A stretch of DNA of 64,000 nucleotides from Macrostomum lignano (lineage: Eukaryota): contig NIVC01000012.1 of assembly GCA_002269645.1 (NCBI GenBank), positions 62,001 through 126,000 on the forward strand. Direction: 5' to 3'. The number at the start of each line of letters is the position of its first letter. Within the stretch, counting starts at the first letter, position 1. The notes beneath the pieces were generated by a model, which worked only from the letters and a program-made list of their open reading frames with translations, did not search any database and had not been told where the DNA came from. Below, one piece after another: positions 35,743 to 50,300 of this stretch. The position numbers and the translations under genes are program-made.

Positions 35743-38700
35743 CAACAGGTTATTCTGCACAGTTTGCAACTTAACTTTAATAATTAAAGAACAATAGCTG
35801 CAAGGATAGGGGCATAGGGTTGGCTAGGGGGCTATATAATAAAAAAACAACCACCTGAATGTTTTCTATTCCTACTTAAGAATAACAAGCAATTATATAG
35901 AGAATTTGAATATTTCCAACAAAAGATCAATAAATGGGTTATTCCATGATAGGGTCATCAAAGGTATAGAAATATTTTTAAAAATTATTTGCAAATGTGA
36001 ATATTTTATTTTGCATATAATTATGTATAGTTTCATTTTTATGTAGTTTTATACACATTTATCTACCTCTAGGTATATATATTTTGTTTTGATCATGGTA
36101 CCCTTGCAAGATTTTAAATGTCCCGCGGGACATTATAAAAAGTTTAATCTAGTTTTCAATAAGAAAAAAAAGTTAATAAACATAATGCATCAAGTACATA
36201 AATAATAAAAATTTTTCTTTCTTATATCTAAAGACTGAAATTATAAAGTTTTATGATCTAATATAGTTCTATCTATCATAATTTTTTATTTTAAAAAGTT
36301 TGACTTCCCTTTTTTAAGTGTTAAAAACGACCATCATTTTTGTTTACAAAAAGTTGTTGTACTAATTTTCAAGAGGTTTATAAGTTGATAATTTTTTGCT
36401 AAAATATTTTCTGAGCCTATATTTAAGTTTATAGTCATTTTTGTTAGTTTATGATAAGTGTAACATGCTAAAAAAACCCTGCAAAGTTACCTAACGACCA
36501 TCATTTTCTGGTATTCTGAAATCTGTTGATCTTCATAAAACCTGAATTACTATCATTTATTCCTAAATTTTATACAAAAAACTGAATTTACTGATATTCT
36601 AAAATCATGTCTTTTTTAAATGTGAATTACTTATTCAATGTCTCTTTCAAAGTTTTTACAGTTTTGATTGTAAAGAAAAATATAGTGGAATTCAAGTCTT
36701 TTATTAAAAATGTATACTGTCAATTACTTGTTTGATACCTTAAAATAATTTTCAACCTGCACTATTAAAAAGGTTGTTCCAATTACTAACCATGCACCTA
36801 GAACTCTCCACTTTAGTTTGCAATGCACCTTAACACATGCCCCAATCTTCAGCATAAGTAGTCTAACTAGACTCAAGTTTTTACTATCCATTGGTGCTAC
36901 TGCTTTTTGCCTAACAAATAATCTGTATTTGCCTTTGGTTTTGTTAATTGTTATATTCTATTCTTTGAATTCTTGAATAGATTAGGACTATCCATCTTTA
37001 TGATCATATGTTGAGTTGTGCAATCATGAAGTGATGTTTTTGTTGAAGGTGCATAAGTACGTTTGATCTGAAATGTGAAACAGATAAATAAATTTTATGG
37101 TTAGACAAGCAAGTTATAGTTTTTATATGAACAACTATGGATTATAAACAATCTTTTAACCAAGATTGTATCTAAAAATAGAGAATCCTAATACACTTTT
37201 AAAAACTGAAGGTCATTTTTTTAAACAAACGACCGTCAGTCAACGACCGTCATTTAAGAAAAAATGTGCAACACAGTTAAAGTTATCTACTAAAATGTAA
37301 TAATTGTTTGTAACCATTCATCTAGCTATTGTTTACTACAATTAATGATCAATTGAGACAAAAACTTGCCTGATTCGCAGGAATCTTAAACTTAAGTTAT
37401 AAAGTTGGATACATAAACTTTCACCAAAAACAACCGTCATCGAAAGTTTCTCTCTGCTAAATCAACACAGTAAGACAAATGACTTTAAAATGTATCTCAT
37501 CTTAATCTAGAGGTCACGCCCATAAATATAGAACTCACAAAGTCTCAATGTAGTTTGTCTTTTGTATGATTACTGATTATTATTTGCTCCAACCCAATGA
37601 CCGTCATCTCGTGGAATTACCCAAATGCAAATTTAAAAATGCACTTGTCCTAATGTCCTAGTCACTTAACCAATATGCATACAATAGGCAAAGTTTAAAA
37701 AAGTTTTTTTGCAAAAAATAACTTTGTAATGCAATTTAGCAATTACATAGATTAAAAGCAAATATAAACTAGAAACATGCTTGGGTGCGACCTATGAATT
37801 TACGTAGCTATTTGCTTCAAAATTTATGCAAAAAGACTATATAAATTAGGGGGGCCATAGCCCAGCAGTAGCGCAGTTGCTCTGGTGTGCCAGCAACCCA
37901 GACTTGATTCCAAGTGCAGTTACATTAATTTGGGACTGAATTGGAATCCCAGCTTGGCTCTGCTCATGCAATTAATGACCTTGAGGGCCAACCCCCCAAG
38001 GCGCAGTGAAGTGTACATATAAAGTTAGGGCGCCGCTGTACACTATACTATACTACACTGAGTGTGTGCCTGTGTACATATCCGTGCGCTTGTATGCCTG
38101 CTCAGGGGAGTTGGCAGAATGGGCAGTAATGCCTCTCGCCAGTTGTGTGCCTATGTTGCTTAAAGTGTGCCGGGGTGCACACACCCCCCCTACCTCTAAT
38201 AATAAAAAGACTATATAAATTACTATTATTACTCATTACTTCTAGCTTTTGCCTTGAAACTTAACAAAAGAACAATAAAGATATTTTCTATTCAATGCAT
38301 TAAAGATAAAGCTAAAAAACCGAATTTTCAAATTTTGATTGTATAGATTACATGTATAATGGATTTTTTAATTTGTAACAGCTTTAAGCATCTATCAAAA
38401 AAAAAACATAATAGTCATAGACTTCTGAATCATAATATCTGCCTCTGAAACAATCTAATTGATTTTGTTTAATTCAAATCTATTATTCTCTTTACCAATA
38501 TAATACTTGATATATTTAATATAACAAAGTTTTTCTTACTATTTAGTAATTATAAATTAGATCATGATTAATCAAGCTACAGTTTATTTTCTAGGTAAAA
38601 CAGTTGCTTTTTTTCTTAAAAAAAACTTAGCATTGATAACATGGTTATGTTTCTTTTTTAGTTTATATTTGTATCTTTAAACAATAGTAGCAGCTTTTAA

Positions 38701-38764
38701 TTTTATATATAATACATTTATATTATATATAAAATATATTAAATGTAATGTATAATTATAATGT

Positions 38765-39421
38765 ACAAGCTATTGAAACCTGCGGATTTTGAACCCATGG
38801 AATTCTAATCCTTGGAACAATTTTTGCATGTATTTTACCATCTGAAGTCATACTCAAACAAAAAGTTGTTAATAGTTAAGATAGAGAAAAATAAAATGGA
38901 GTAAATTTGTATAAAATTAAGATTTAAGGCAAGTTATCTTGCTAGCTAGGGTACTGCACAAATTTTCAGGCAATGTCTATTTAACTTTTAAACTATATTG
39001 GCAAACTTTGGTTGCTGCTTCTGCCTCTCCCTATATCCCTTGGATCCTTTGAAACTTTTATCTTCTTTCCTTGTTTCTTCTCTCTTGTCTCTCCTCTTAT
39101 CTCTTCTTTCCTCTTTCCTCTCCCTTCTCCTTTCTACTCTTTTCTCTCTCTTCTCCTCTCTTCTCTCCTTTTTCCTCTTTTATCTCTTCTCATTTCTCTG
39201 CTCTCTACTCTCTTTTCTCAATTATTTTCTCATTCCTCTTCCTTCTCTCAACATTTCCCTCTTCTCTCTTCTCTTCTTTCAACTCTCTTATCTCTTATCT
39301 TTACTCTTTCCTCTCTCTCTTTTCATCTCTCTTCTTCTTTCCTCTCTTGTCTCTCCCCTCTTCTTATCTCTTCCCTCACCTCTCTTCTCATCTTTGCTGT
39401 CTTGTTTCTTGTTCTTGTTTC

Positions 39422-39490
<69 letters not shown>

Positions 39491-42400
39491 GCTCTCTTAT
39501 ACTCTCCCTCTCCATCTGCTCTCTCCTATCCTACCTCTCCTTATTGTCCTCACAAAGAGTAAATCTACTCAAAGTATTGGCAAATCTAAATTAAATTGAA
39601 TTGTATCAGTCCTTTTTACCAAGTCAGAGCCTGAGATTGGAGGTGCCCTCCTTTCTCCTTCTTTCTTACATGTATATCTCTTATCATCTCTCTGCTCTCT
39701 CTTCTGCCACCTCTCTTCTCCTCTCTCTTGACTCACTCCTCTCTCCTCTTGTATCTGTAATATCATCTCTCTTACCTCTTATCTCTCCTCTATTCTCTTT
39801 ACTCTCCCCTCTTTAATCTGTAATCTACTTTCTTATATGCTCTTTTACCTCTCTCTGTACTCTTTCTTTCCCCTCTCTTAAGCTCTCTCTTTTCTTTCTC
39901 TTTTTTTCTCTTCCTTCTTCTATACTCTCTTATCTCTTATCTCTCTCTCTTGTCTTCTCTCTCCACTTTCTTTTCTCCTCCTTCATCTTTTATCTGTCAT
40001 TTCTTATCTCTCCTTATACCTCATATCTCTCTTCCCTTTACTCTCTCATTGCTCCTTTCATCTCTCTTTTCTCTCCTCTCATCTGCAGCTCTCTGCTCTT
40101 TTTTATCTCTACTCTCTTCTCCCTCCTTTCTCCCTTTCTTCTCTTACCCTCTCCCCTTTTCCCCCATCTCTCCAATTATCTTCCATCTTTTATTTTATCC
40201 CCTCTCTCGCCTTTTTTTCTTTTTAATCATCTTCCATCTACCCCTCAGCCATGAGGTGGATTCTTTATCTGGCCTTTGATGTAAAAGTCTGCTTATCCCT
40301 GCTTAGAGAGACAGTTTGTGGGACATAGTACTCTCATGCTTTGATCATGTCATCCTTCTTGCCAAATAGCAACCTTGAAAGGAATTTGTGTATCTTCAGC
40401 TTAACTGTAGTCTACATCAATCTTAGAACCAAGGAAACACACATTTCTTAGGATGCCATTTAAATTTTAAAGTACCTTAAGAGAAACTTAAAATTTCTAT
40501 GGTGTGACTAATTTAGTAGGGTTATATTGCATTGCATTTTTTAAATTTTTTGCTTTACAAACCATGCTAGATAGATTGCTTTGATTTATTAATTGCCATC
40601 CAACTGCTGCAGAGTTTGCCTATATAGAGGGCAATAGTAAGAATTTCTCACTTAACTGTCATAGCTAAATGTAGCCTCTCCACAAGGGTGCAGAGAAGGC
40701 AAATAAAGTTATTCTAAAACACTGTATATTTGCTATGTACACTTAGCCCTATTGCCTGACCCTTTGTATGGCTCTGAGGGAATGAGTTAATGAGAGTGGC
40801 CCAAAACCAGAAAAAGCAAACAAACTTTACATGCTTACAATTTCTATCTTGATTGAATTACAGAGTTAGATTTTACATTTAGAGAGAGAAAAATTTCAAT
40901 AAAGGCTTGTATCAAGTTTGAAGTCAATCACTTTATAGGATAAAACTTATGGCAGCCGAAAGTGTCAATTTTAAAACCCCTTCTACACATCTGGGCTACC
41001 CAGATTGGGAAAGAGAGGCAGGCAGGTAGAGGTTGGGGTGGCTGTCTCGCTGAAAAAAACTGCCTAACTTTAAAAGTGCACAGTGCCTTTCTGGATTACC
41101 TTTAAGACTGGAAATTTTAAACGATTGTGTCAAAATAATTAAAGATTGATTGTGTCAAATTTGATGATTGGTAAAAGTAGAGTGGTACTATAGAGGATTT
41201 ATTGAAAGAATTGCTCATTTTAAGCAGTTTTTTTGCACTTTTAGGTAGGAAGACTCATATTTAAAAAATTAAAAGGTAGGCTAAGACATTTTCTATAATG
41301 AGTTTAGGATGGATGCAAAGTTTGGTGTAATTTGGTTGCAGTTTAGGAGTCCATAGTGAACAAAATTGTCTATAGACAGACAAACACACACAGACATACA
41401 CACATGTACACACAGAAAGAGAGAGTTTTGATTTTTATATGTAGAGATAATATATATACTTAAAAATTGTTATTATTGCTTAAAATTAACATTAAAATTA
41501 AAAAATAGTTGTAGGGATCGAAATTTCCCGGGTTTAAAAATCTGTGGGTTTCAATGGCTTCCAGTTAATTCGGCGACAAGCTAATATGGCGACAACCAAT
41601 TTGGCGACAAGTCAGTTCGGCAACAGCCAATTTGGCGAATGCTACGAAAGCTACGAAACTAGAAAACAAAATTTAACATATTGCCATTCGTCTTTGCCAT
41701 TTAAATAAAGGTTTGTTTTAACCATGCCAAATAACACATTTTCAAAGAGGTTACATGTACGCATGGCCTACGAGTCACATTTTAAGGCATTAATTATTTA
41801 TTAGAGAAGTATGCATGCACATCATATTTAATTTACAATTTTATTTGTCATTGCATTTACAACTCATTTTATGTTGACGATCAAACAAATTAATGGATTG
41901 TGTGAGTGTACAAGTTAGTCTAAAACTTTTAAAAGTTGCAAAGCTTAAAAGTTTTTAAAATTGTTTAAAAAGTTAAAACTAGGTGGAGTAGGCTGTACAA
42001 CAATATAAAACTTATTCATTTTGGGCCATTCAGCAAGCTGCATGCGTCTAGCAAGCCTTTGGCGACTTGGGACAAGATCTTCTTGCATTGCAGTAGAGAC
42101 ATGGGCAGCAGCAGCAGCATCAGCTGAGCAGTGTAGCTCAGTAGACTTTTCTAGGACTGCAACACGGGCTGCTTTTTTCAACCTCTTTGCTGCCTGTTTT
42201 TGTTGATTGCATTGCTTGCACTTCCAGTCGAATGAATCAACAGACTTAAGACGAGTATAGAGTCTTTTGGAGATGCCTGCACACAGAATTGAATTGACAC
42301 TCATATCATTGTACATGTACATTGTATACCATACGTTAACTGTATTTCATGTATTCTACCAGCACTAAACTTTGGTATTTCAGTGGTACATGTACAAATA

Positions 42401-42974
42401 CTTACTGGAATTACATTCTATATGTTGCCACTTGTGACTCATACAATGCAGTGGTCTATACTGTCTATTTGTCACAATAATTGCAAATTCAATTTCTACT
42501 TTACCATTCTGAGTTGTTGCGCATTGAGCTAATATGCATCACCAAAATAGACAAAAAATCTATCGATTGAATCCAAATGCTGTACATGCTAAAACGGGCA
42601 AAGACTAGACACTCAAAATATGTAGCTCATTTTTACTTTCAATCTTCGCTTTGTATATTTTAAAAGCTAACTTAACTTTGTGTTCCCTTTATTCATTATA
42701 CTTTATATAGCAGTTGAGTGATTTGATAGCTTATTTGATAGCGGTTATGAATGAGCTTTTAAGTGAAATGCAGTTCATTGTGCATGTAATGTACATACAA
42801 TACAATGTTGATTTTGAAATCCGAGTAAACATGCAAACTCAAACTCAATGCAATGGATGACAAAATGACAATGGATCGCTCCTCCTTCATGTCGCCGAAC
42901 TGACTTGTTGCTGAATTGGCTGTCGTCGAGTCAACCTATTGCCAAATTAACTGGTTCCTGTTTCAATAGCTTGT
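38765..42974. mobile_element. Nested non-autonomous TIR elements, the inner one with a decayed PHD-finger-like fragment
   Basis: 38765-38811 is an imperfect inverted repeat of 41514-41560. 41561-41625 is an imperfect inverted repeat of 42889-42960. The terminus ACAAGCTATTGAAAC (38765) is mirrored exactly at 42960-42974. Inner ORF has CAGISKRLY...WKCKQC. Confidence 0.5.
39050..40260. repeat. CT-rich low-complexity tract with a (CT)n core
   Basis: Seen directly; ORFs 38998-40279 are artefacts. Confidence 0.9.
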
Positions 42975-45900
42975 TAGAAAATAAATTAGAAAATATCAAT
43001 GATATTTACAAGAAAAATAAGAAAACAAAGAATATCAGTTTTTACTAAAGAACAACCATTTAGAGTTTAATAAAACTCTTATGTACAATTTCTAAAAAAT
43101 ATGTATTCTTTGAAAAAATGGTCTATAAACAACTTTTAGATTTAGAAAGATTTTTTTAACTTTACATAATTATGGCCATTATTATGCCATGGATAGGCCT
43201 AGTGTTGGGCACAGATTAGCTCCCAGAAATGTAAACATAGTTGGACTTTGAGCTTTTGGCCATAGATAATTTTTTCGCATGGTACTATTAAGTTTATGTT
43301 ACAATATTGATTGATTAAAGCTTGAAAAACATATAAAGAAACAATCTAGAAGATCACCATAACTGCATAATATTATTATATAGGATATAGGCCTTAAGTC
43401 ATAGTCACAAATAGTCATGTTAGACCTATTGCAAATCTTAACTTCTTTTTTGTTTGATATCTTAACTTAAAGCCAAGATTGTTTGAGATTTATAAAATAG
43501 CCAAGATCTTGACAATTAGGATTGAGATCTTGTCCAAGCTCTAAGTCTGGCACATCGGCATTGTCTGGAGTGGGGTTCAGACCTAACTTTCACTGCAATG
43601 CAGCAATAGGCCCCTACTAATAGGGTCTGGCCTCTCCTTGACCATTGACCTTGAGCCCCCGGGGCTGTATTGTACTAGGCCTATTACCAAGCTGATCCAT
43701 GAGAGAAAAAATCCATGAAAGAGCCATTGGTTGTAATGGTGAATAGGGTATATAGTTGTCTAATTGCTTCTTATGCCCATGCCTTGCGCGAGTTTGATTT
43801 TAGATGCACTATCCACTAGGCCTAGCCATTGTTGGCATAAATAGTAGAGCATGAGCATGATGCAAAGGAAAAAATTCAAAAACCTTATACTTATTCTTAA
43901 AACTTTCTTTGGTAAAAACAAAATACAAAATGGAGCAAAATAAAAGAAAGTAATAAATTAAAAAAGACAACGAGCCAAAAAGACAATGTAAAATTGCAAG
44001 ATAATCACCAGAAAACTGAGTGCAGCGTATTTTTCATTTGAATCTACAAAATAAGTTGTCAAAAATAGTTAAATACTGCTAGCGGTACAATAAATGTTAA
44101 AATTGTATATACAAATGAGATAAAGACATAACAAAATCCAGTATTAGATTTTTAAGTTTAGTACTTTTGTTATGCCATGTGGCAATAAAATAAATTCACG
44201 CCGGAAATCGGTTTACAATAATTTTTCATCCCTGGACTAAATTTTTGTTTTTGACGTATTAAACATTCGCAGACACTTATTCAGACACTTCTACAGACAC
44301 TAGTTTCTGTCGTACGAATCGTAGGAACAAGCATTAAACTTGTTTATTCCTAACAAAATATCAGTAAAATGCTTTTTTAAAGCTTTTTTGCTTTATTTTA
44401 TTAAATATGAATCATGAAATTTGTTATTCTGCATAGATTCTCTTCACGTGAAGAAGAATGTTAAATTTGTCCAGGACACTTTCTAATTCATATTTAATAA
44501 AATTTTCACTTTTCAACTTTTTAAACTTTCACTTGTGCAATTAACAATTAAGCGTGGGAAGCAAATTAACTCCTGCTGAACTGGTCTTGCTGTCCTGGGC
44601 TGATTGTAGTGTGCGTACTGCTGAGATCGTTGATGCTGCTGCTGCGATGGTGCCAGCCGAGCTTCGTTGGGTGTCTTAGACAAAGGCTAGCATCCGCAAC
44701 GTTGGGCCTACTTCATAACTTTGGTCCCCTTGCTCCAGGCTCACATTGGGTCCTCTCGGTGCCGTCCAGCCTTGGCCAGGTGACACGACCAGGTGACACG
44801 ACCAGGTGACATGTCCAGGTGCCCTAGCCTATCCCCGTTCCTAAAGTTATGAGCATTTTCTTATGGCTCATAGGTTCATACTGTAAATTGATGAGGACGC
44901 ACTTTTTCCCAAATCCCGCGCTAGCACATGGGCTCTAAACTTACTTGCCTACTAACAGTGGGCAATGGGCATTTTTATCCTTTTTCTGCGAATTTTCATA
45001 GAATCTATACTAGATATAATGTCTGGCCATACTAGTAGTCATAATAACATAGGCGCAGCTTTTTGGGTCATAAATCATCGCTTGCGAAGTTGGTCTGACA
45101 GCCACCTGCGCCTCACTCAGTGTTGAAGCGGGCGCCAGATGGTCTGAGAGGATGCGGGCGGTAGCTTTTTTCTCATCATTTTGACAGGCCATCAAGATTT
45201 ATGAGGTCAGAGCCTATTGTTCGTGTTCACTCAAGCGTGTGACAGCTTTGACAGCTATGCGTTTTACCCCTAAAAGTACCTTGGGATTAGCGATTAGTAA
45301 TTTCTCTTCATTATCTTCACTTTCTATTTAATAAGAGCTTTCTAATGTATATTTTTTCATTAATTTCTGTCAATCCTACGCGAAAAGTCATAAATCATTT
45401 TGTTGCGATTTTGATTGATTTATGGCCGCACCTGTCATCTTTTTACGACCCTGTGGGAACTGATAGGATCTCTCGGTCAAGTGATTCTGGGTAGCAACAA
45501 GCTTAGCCAATCAGAAAATTCGGCGCTCATTTTAACAAAACGGCTCAGCCAATCAGAATCGAGGTGTTCCATTATAACAAACTGCGGTCCAGTTGGCGGC
45601 TATTTAAACCGGAGTTTTTAGCCCGCTCGGACTCAACTTTGGCTCGGGCCCAGCGCGCAACTTTTGGTTCCCGGAGCACGACCGTCGTTTCTTGATCCCC
45701 GGATTGCGACTTCCCCCCATCATCATCAAGGACGAGTCCCCCGGTCATCAGCAGCGAACATCAAGTTAAGAGCATCACCTGCTAGCTAACAGCGAAGATT
45801 GTGACAGCATCATCCCGAGTCTACAGCTGCAGAGCATCGAGCCGATTCGGTCACTGTGGATTACCTGGTCTCCGGCTGTTGAGTTTCTGATTGGTTGGGT

Positions 45901-47336
45901 GAGAGGCTACCTAGACTTGCTTGATTGGGTGATCCCTTTTCTGTCCCCTGTTGCAGTAGCTGAATTAGGCGCACACTTTTGCTCATTTTGTTCAGTAGTG
46001 CTGTTGCTGAGGCAGGAATCATTCAATAATACTGCTAGTAGTCTAAGACTCCAATTCAATCTGAAGTGTGAAGTGAACTAAGGAGAAGGTTAAACCTAAC
46101 AGTTATTTTTATCGGTTTTATTTCTTTGTTCGCCGATGGCTCAGATGAGTAGCTAAGCTATTAGGCGCCGGTCACAGTGGACCAATGGCAAGGCAGTTCT
46201 CAGCCAATCAATCTATCAAATCAGTGAGCAAAACTGCCAGAAGTGCAGAATCGGCGCCAGAGATGTACTTTGTGCACTCTAGGGTAGCCAAGCGGCTCGG
46301 GTAAATGAATCATGCGGTCTCTGAAGTTCGAGTTAGCCTATCATCAGCGCTATGAGAGGCTAGTTGGCGCGTTGAAGGCCAAAAGTACATATCTTCGTAT
46401 TTAGCAATGTAATAGTACATGTAGCTACCCCATAGACTCGCCACCGCAAGAATCCCCTGCACAAGTCCCCTCTGTACCTGCATGGCCAATGCGATCTAGT
46501 CCCAGCAGTGTCCCTTATCATCGGCTATGACTTCGAGATTGACAGCAAAAAGACACTAGTTGGCAGGTAAGTGCAAAGCCCCTTCTAGTCGGAAGCCCGA
46601 TTTCGAGAGTCCCGGTGTGGTGAGCCAGGACGCACGGGCTGGTGGCAGCGGGTTAGTTAATCTGCGGATTAGCTGATCTCTACCTTCAAAATCCTCCCTG
46701 CTTGTCTCTCGCTGTCCCTCTCTTAGCTATAGGACCTAGACTGCTCGCCACACGATCAAGCTACCATGGGGCTGACCATCTGACAGGAGTGGGGGGCCAG
46801 GTCTCTAATTGATTTATTTCTGAGCCTGAGGCCCGAAGGCTTCCCTAACAAGGAGCCCGAAGGTCGAAACCCATCAAAATTATCTTTTACAGTATGAACC
46901 TACTGTAAATGGTGTCTTTCGCCTTCTCCTAGCTCTGTAAAGAGTTTGCAATTACTATACAAGTATTATTCTCTTTCTGACAGCTAGTATCAGTGTTGCA
47001 GTGTCTCAGTGGCCCAGTACGTGTCTCACGATCAGTGTCTCAGCGTCTCAAAACCTACTGTATGAACCTACTGTAAGTTTTCTTTCCCTGAATCATGCAA
47101 TTTCAGGAAGAATCAATTAGTTTCTAAGCCCATATCGCGTCTCTTAAAAGTATAGTTTATGGCCTCGACATCATGCCAAATTTAATGGTGAGAGAGCCCA
47201 ATGGAGATCTCTCGGCGTGTTCATCGAGAGATAATAGCTTTCAGATAATCTCTGACTAAGCCTATATAGGAATTGTCACGAACTAATTCGATCAACTTGC
47301 TGCTGATTGAGTCCGCGGACGCACCCACCCGTCAGG

Positions 47337-50300
47337 ATGCAGTCCATGAACAGGCCTGGACTGCACAAGACGGGCAGGCAGATGCTGGAGAATAAACGGG
47401 CCACTTCATCGCCTCTGGTAGCCATAATTAAACTATTTGTGGCCTGCTATACGGCTATTCTAAACTTCATGCACTGGGCGAAGATGCTGCGTTCCGGGGT
47501 GAAACCGCTTAACGAGCTCACACTTGAAGGACTGTACATGAAGGAGGTGGAGATATTCTACTTTGACTTCTTCGAGTACAAGGTTAGTGAGCTATTCTTG
47601 TATTGGGTTTTTTATGGCAGACACTGCTATGTAAGTCAGATATTCGGAAACCAATACTCTTAGTCGACACTGAGATACTGAGACACTTGGACACTGTGAC
47701 AACTGGGACACTGAGACATTGAGACACTGAGACCCTGAGACACTGCAACACTGATATTGACCACCAGAAAGAAAATAATACTTGTAATTGCACCCCCTTT
47801 ACAGAGCTGGGAGAAGGCGAAAGACACCATTCGCAACCTAATTGCTTCATTTGTCCTTAGCTTGGTCTTCTACCTCATGGCCACCTACCTCATGGATCTT
47901 GACCTGCGGGTTCGCGTAATTGTCACCTGCATAATTAGTACCGTGCTAACTCTTCTGCTTTCCTACTCGTCAGCAACCAGAGCCGTCACCTTTCTAATGA
48001 TTCCGTCAATGGCTAGGGGGGCCCTGCGCAACGCGCTGCTAATTGGCTGTCTGGTTTTGCTCGCTTCCGGTCCGGCAACCAATCTGAGAAGCAACATGGA
48101 CTCGATTTCTGCCTCAAAAGTATGCATTTAAGCTCCATTCGTAATTTTATTGCGGTTGGGTGTAGTTTGACCCGAAATACGCGACAAGCATCGGGGACTG
48201 GAGTAAATAAATGAGGGGTGGGGGTTGGGCCAAAACACGCGACAAGCATCGGGGACTGGAGTAAATAAATGAGGGGTGGGGGTTGGGCCAAAACACGCGA
48301 TAAGCATCGGGGACTGGAGTAAATAAATGAGGAGTGGGGGTTGGGCCAAAACACGCGATAAGCATCGGGGACTGAGGGTGAATAAATGAGGGTTGGGGGT
48401 TGGGGCCAAAACACGCGATAAGCATCGGGGACTGGGGTGAATAAATGAGGGGTGGGGGTTGGGGCCAAAACACGCGATAAGCATCGGGGACTGGGGGTGA
48501 ATAAATGAGGGGTGGGGTTGGGGCCAAAACACGTGATAAGCATCGGGGACTGGGGGTGAATAAATGAGGGGTGGGGTTGGGGCCAAAACACGCGATAAGC
48601 ATCGGGGACTGGGGTGAATAAATGAGGGGTGGGGTTGGGGCCAAAACACGCGATAAGCATCGGGGACTGGGGGTGAATAAATGAGGGGTGGAGATTGGGC
48701 CAAAACACGCGATAAGCATCGGAGACTGGGGTTGAGAAAAAGCACATTCTGAGCCAGTGTCTATCGCTAAAAGGCACTGTTACTTCAATGTACTTTTCAA
48801 CTTTTCAAACTTTCACAGTCTTGTCTGCATGAGCAATTTTTCGACATTGTGAGCGTGGTCAAATCGCTTCACGGCAAAAACGTGGTTAGCCTGTTTCTCA
48901 TCCCGGTCCGTCTGTTGATATCCGCTATGCAGCTGGTGGCCGAAATATTCTATCGAATTGTACACTCAATCTACATTTCATTGGACAAGCTTGGTAAAGC
49001 TTTGGGGCGACTTTTAAAGAAAGTAGGAAAAATGTTAGGCAAATTGCGACCAAGGGTGAGTTTTTACGGCTCCTGTGCCAGGTTGACTCGCGTTCTGGCT
49101 AAAAAATATCGTCGGCATCGCGTCCTTGGTGGCTTAGTGCAGATGGTCAGCTCGCTGGTGAATTTAGTGCGCTCTATCACGGGCACTACTCCGATAGCCA
49201 AGCCTACTATTGGCTACTTTATCCACGATGTTGGCACGAGTAAAATCTGTCCACTGCTAGCCAAAGCTAGAGCCATCATTGAAGGTTTGTTTATGCATGC
49301 TTGCATACAGTTGCAACTCCTGTGTACCATTTACCTGTCAGATCCGGTTATGCTGTCTCTAGAGCTGTGATTGGTGGAGTCAAATTCGGTTATGCTGTCT
49401 CTAGAGCTGTGATTGGTCGAGTAAAATTCGGTTATGCTGTCTCTAGAGCTGTGATTGTTGGAGTCAACTTCGGTTGTGCTGTCTCTGGAGCTGTGATTGG
49501 TGGAGTCAACTTCGGTTATGCTGTCTCTAGAGCTGTGATTGGTGGAGTCAAATTCGGGTATGCTGTCTCTGGAGCTGTGATTGGTGGAGTCAAATTCGGT
49601 TATGCTGTCTCTGGAGCTGTGATTGGTGGAGTCAAATTCGGGTATGCTGTCTCTGGAGCTGTGATTGGTGGAGTCAAATTCGGGTATGCTGTCTCTGGAG
49701 CTGTGATTGTTGGAGTCAAATTCGGTTATGCTGTCTCTGGAGCTGTGATTGGTGGAGTCAAATTCGGTTATGCTGTCTCTGGAGCTGTGATTGTTGGAGT
49801 CAAATTCGGTTATGCTGTCTCTGGAGCTGTGATTGGTGGAGTCAAATTCGGTTATGCTGTCTCTGGAGCTGTGATTGGTGGAGTCAAATTCGGTTATGCT
49901 GTCTCTGGAGCTGTGATTGTTGGAGTCAAATTCGGTTATGCTGTCTCTGGAGCTGTGACTGGTGGAGTCAAATTCGGTTATGCTGTCTCTGGAGCTGTGA
50001 TTGGTGGAGTCAAATTCGGTTATGCTGTCTCTGGAGCTGAGAAAAAAATCCACCAATCACAGCTCAAAGAGCACATATCTCTTTTGAAAAAATATGAGCA
50101 TCTTTACGGTACTGATTAGTTTAAGAAGTGATTACAAAAATATCTACTTTCATATTTTTAGCCAAGTTCAAAGTCGTAACTGAGTGGTGGCAGAAGAACG
50201 TTTTAGTTAGACTCAACGACATCAAAGCCATCCGCGAGCTGATCAAGGACGCCATCGGACCAGATACCAGGGTGGTGGTATCCATGACCGGCGGGTTCTC

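Noticed and set aside
37850-37925. Possible degenerate tRNA/SINE head
   Set aside because: A and B boxes are too degenerate and there is no cloverleaf.
44550-45195. Possible two-exon small gene on the minus strand (MACQNDEKK…)
   Set aside because: Can be spliced in frame but the donor is weak and no homology was recognised.
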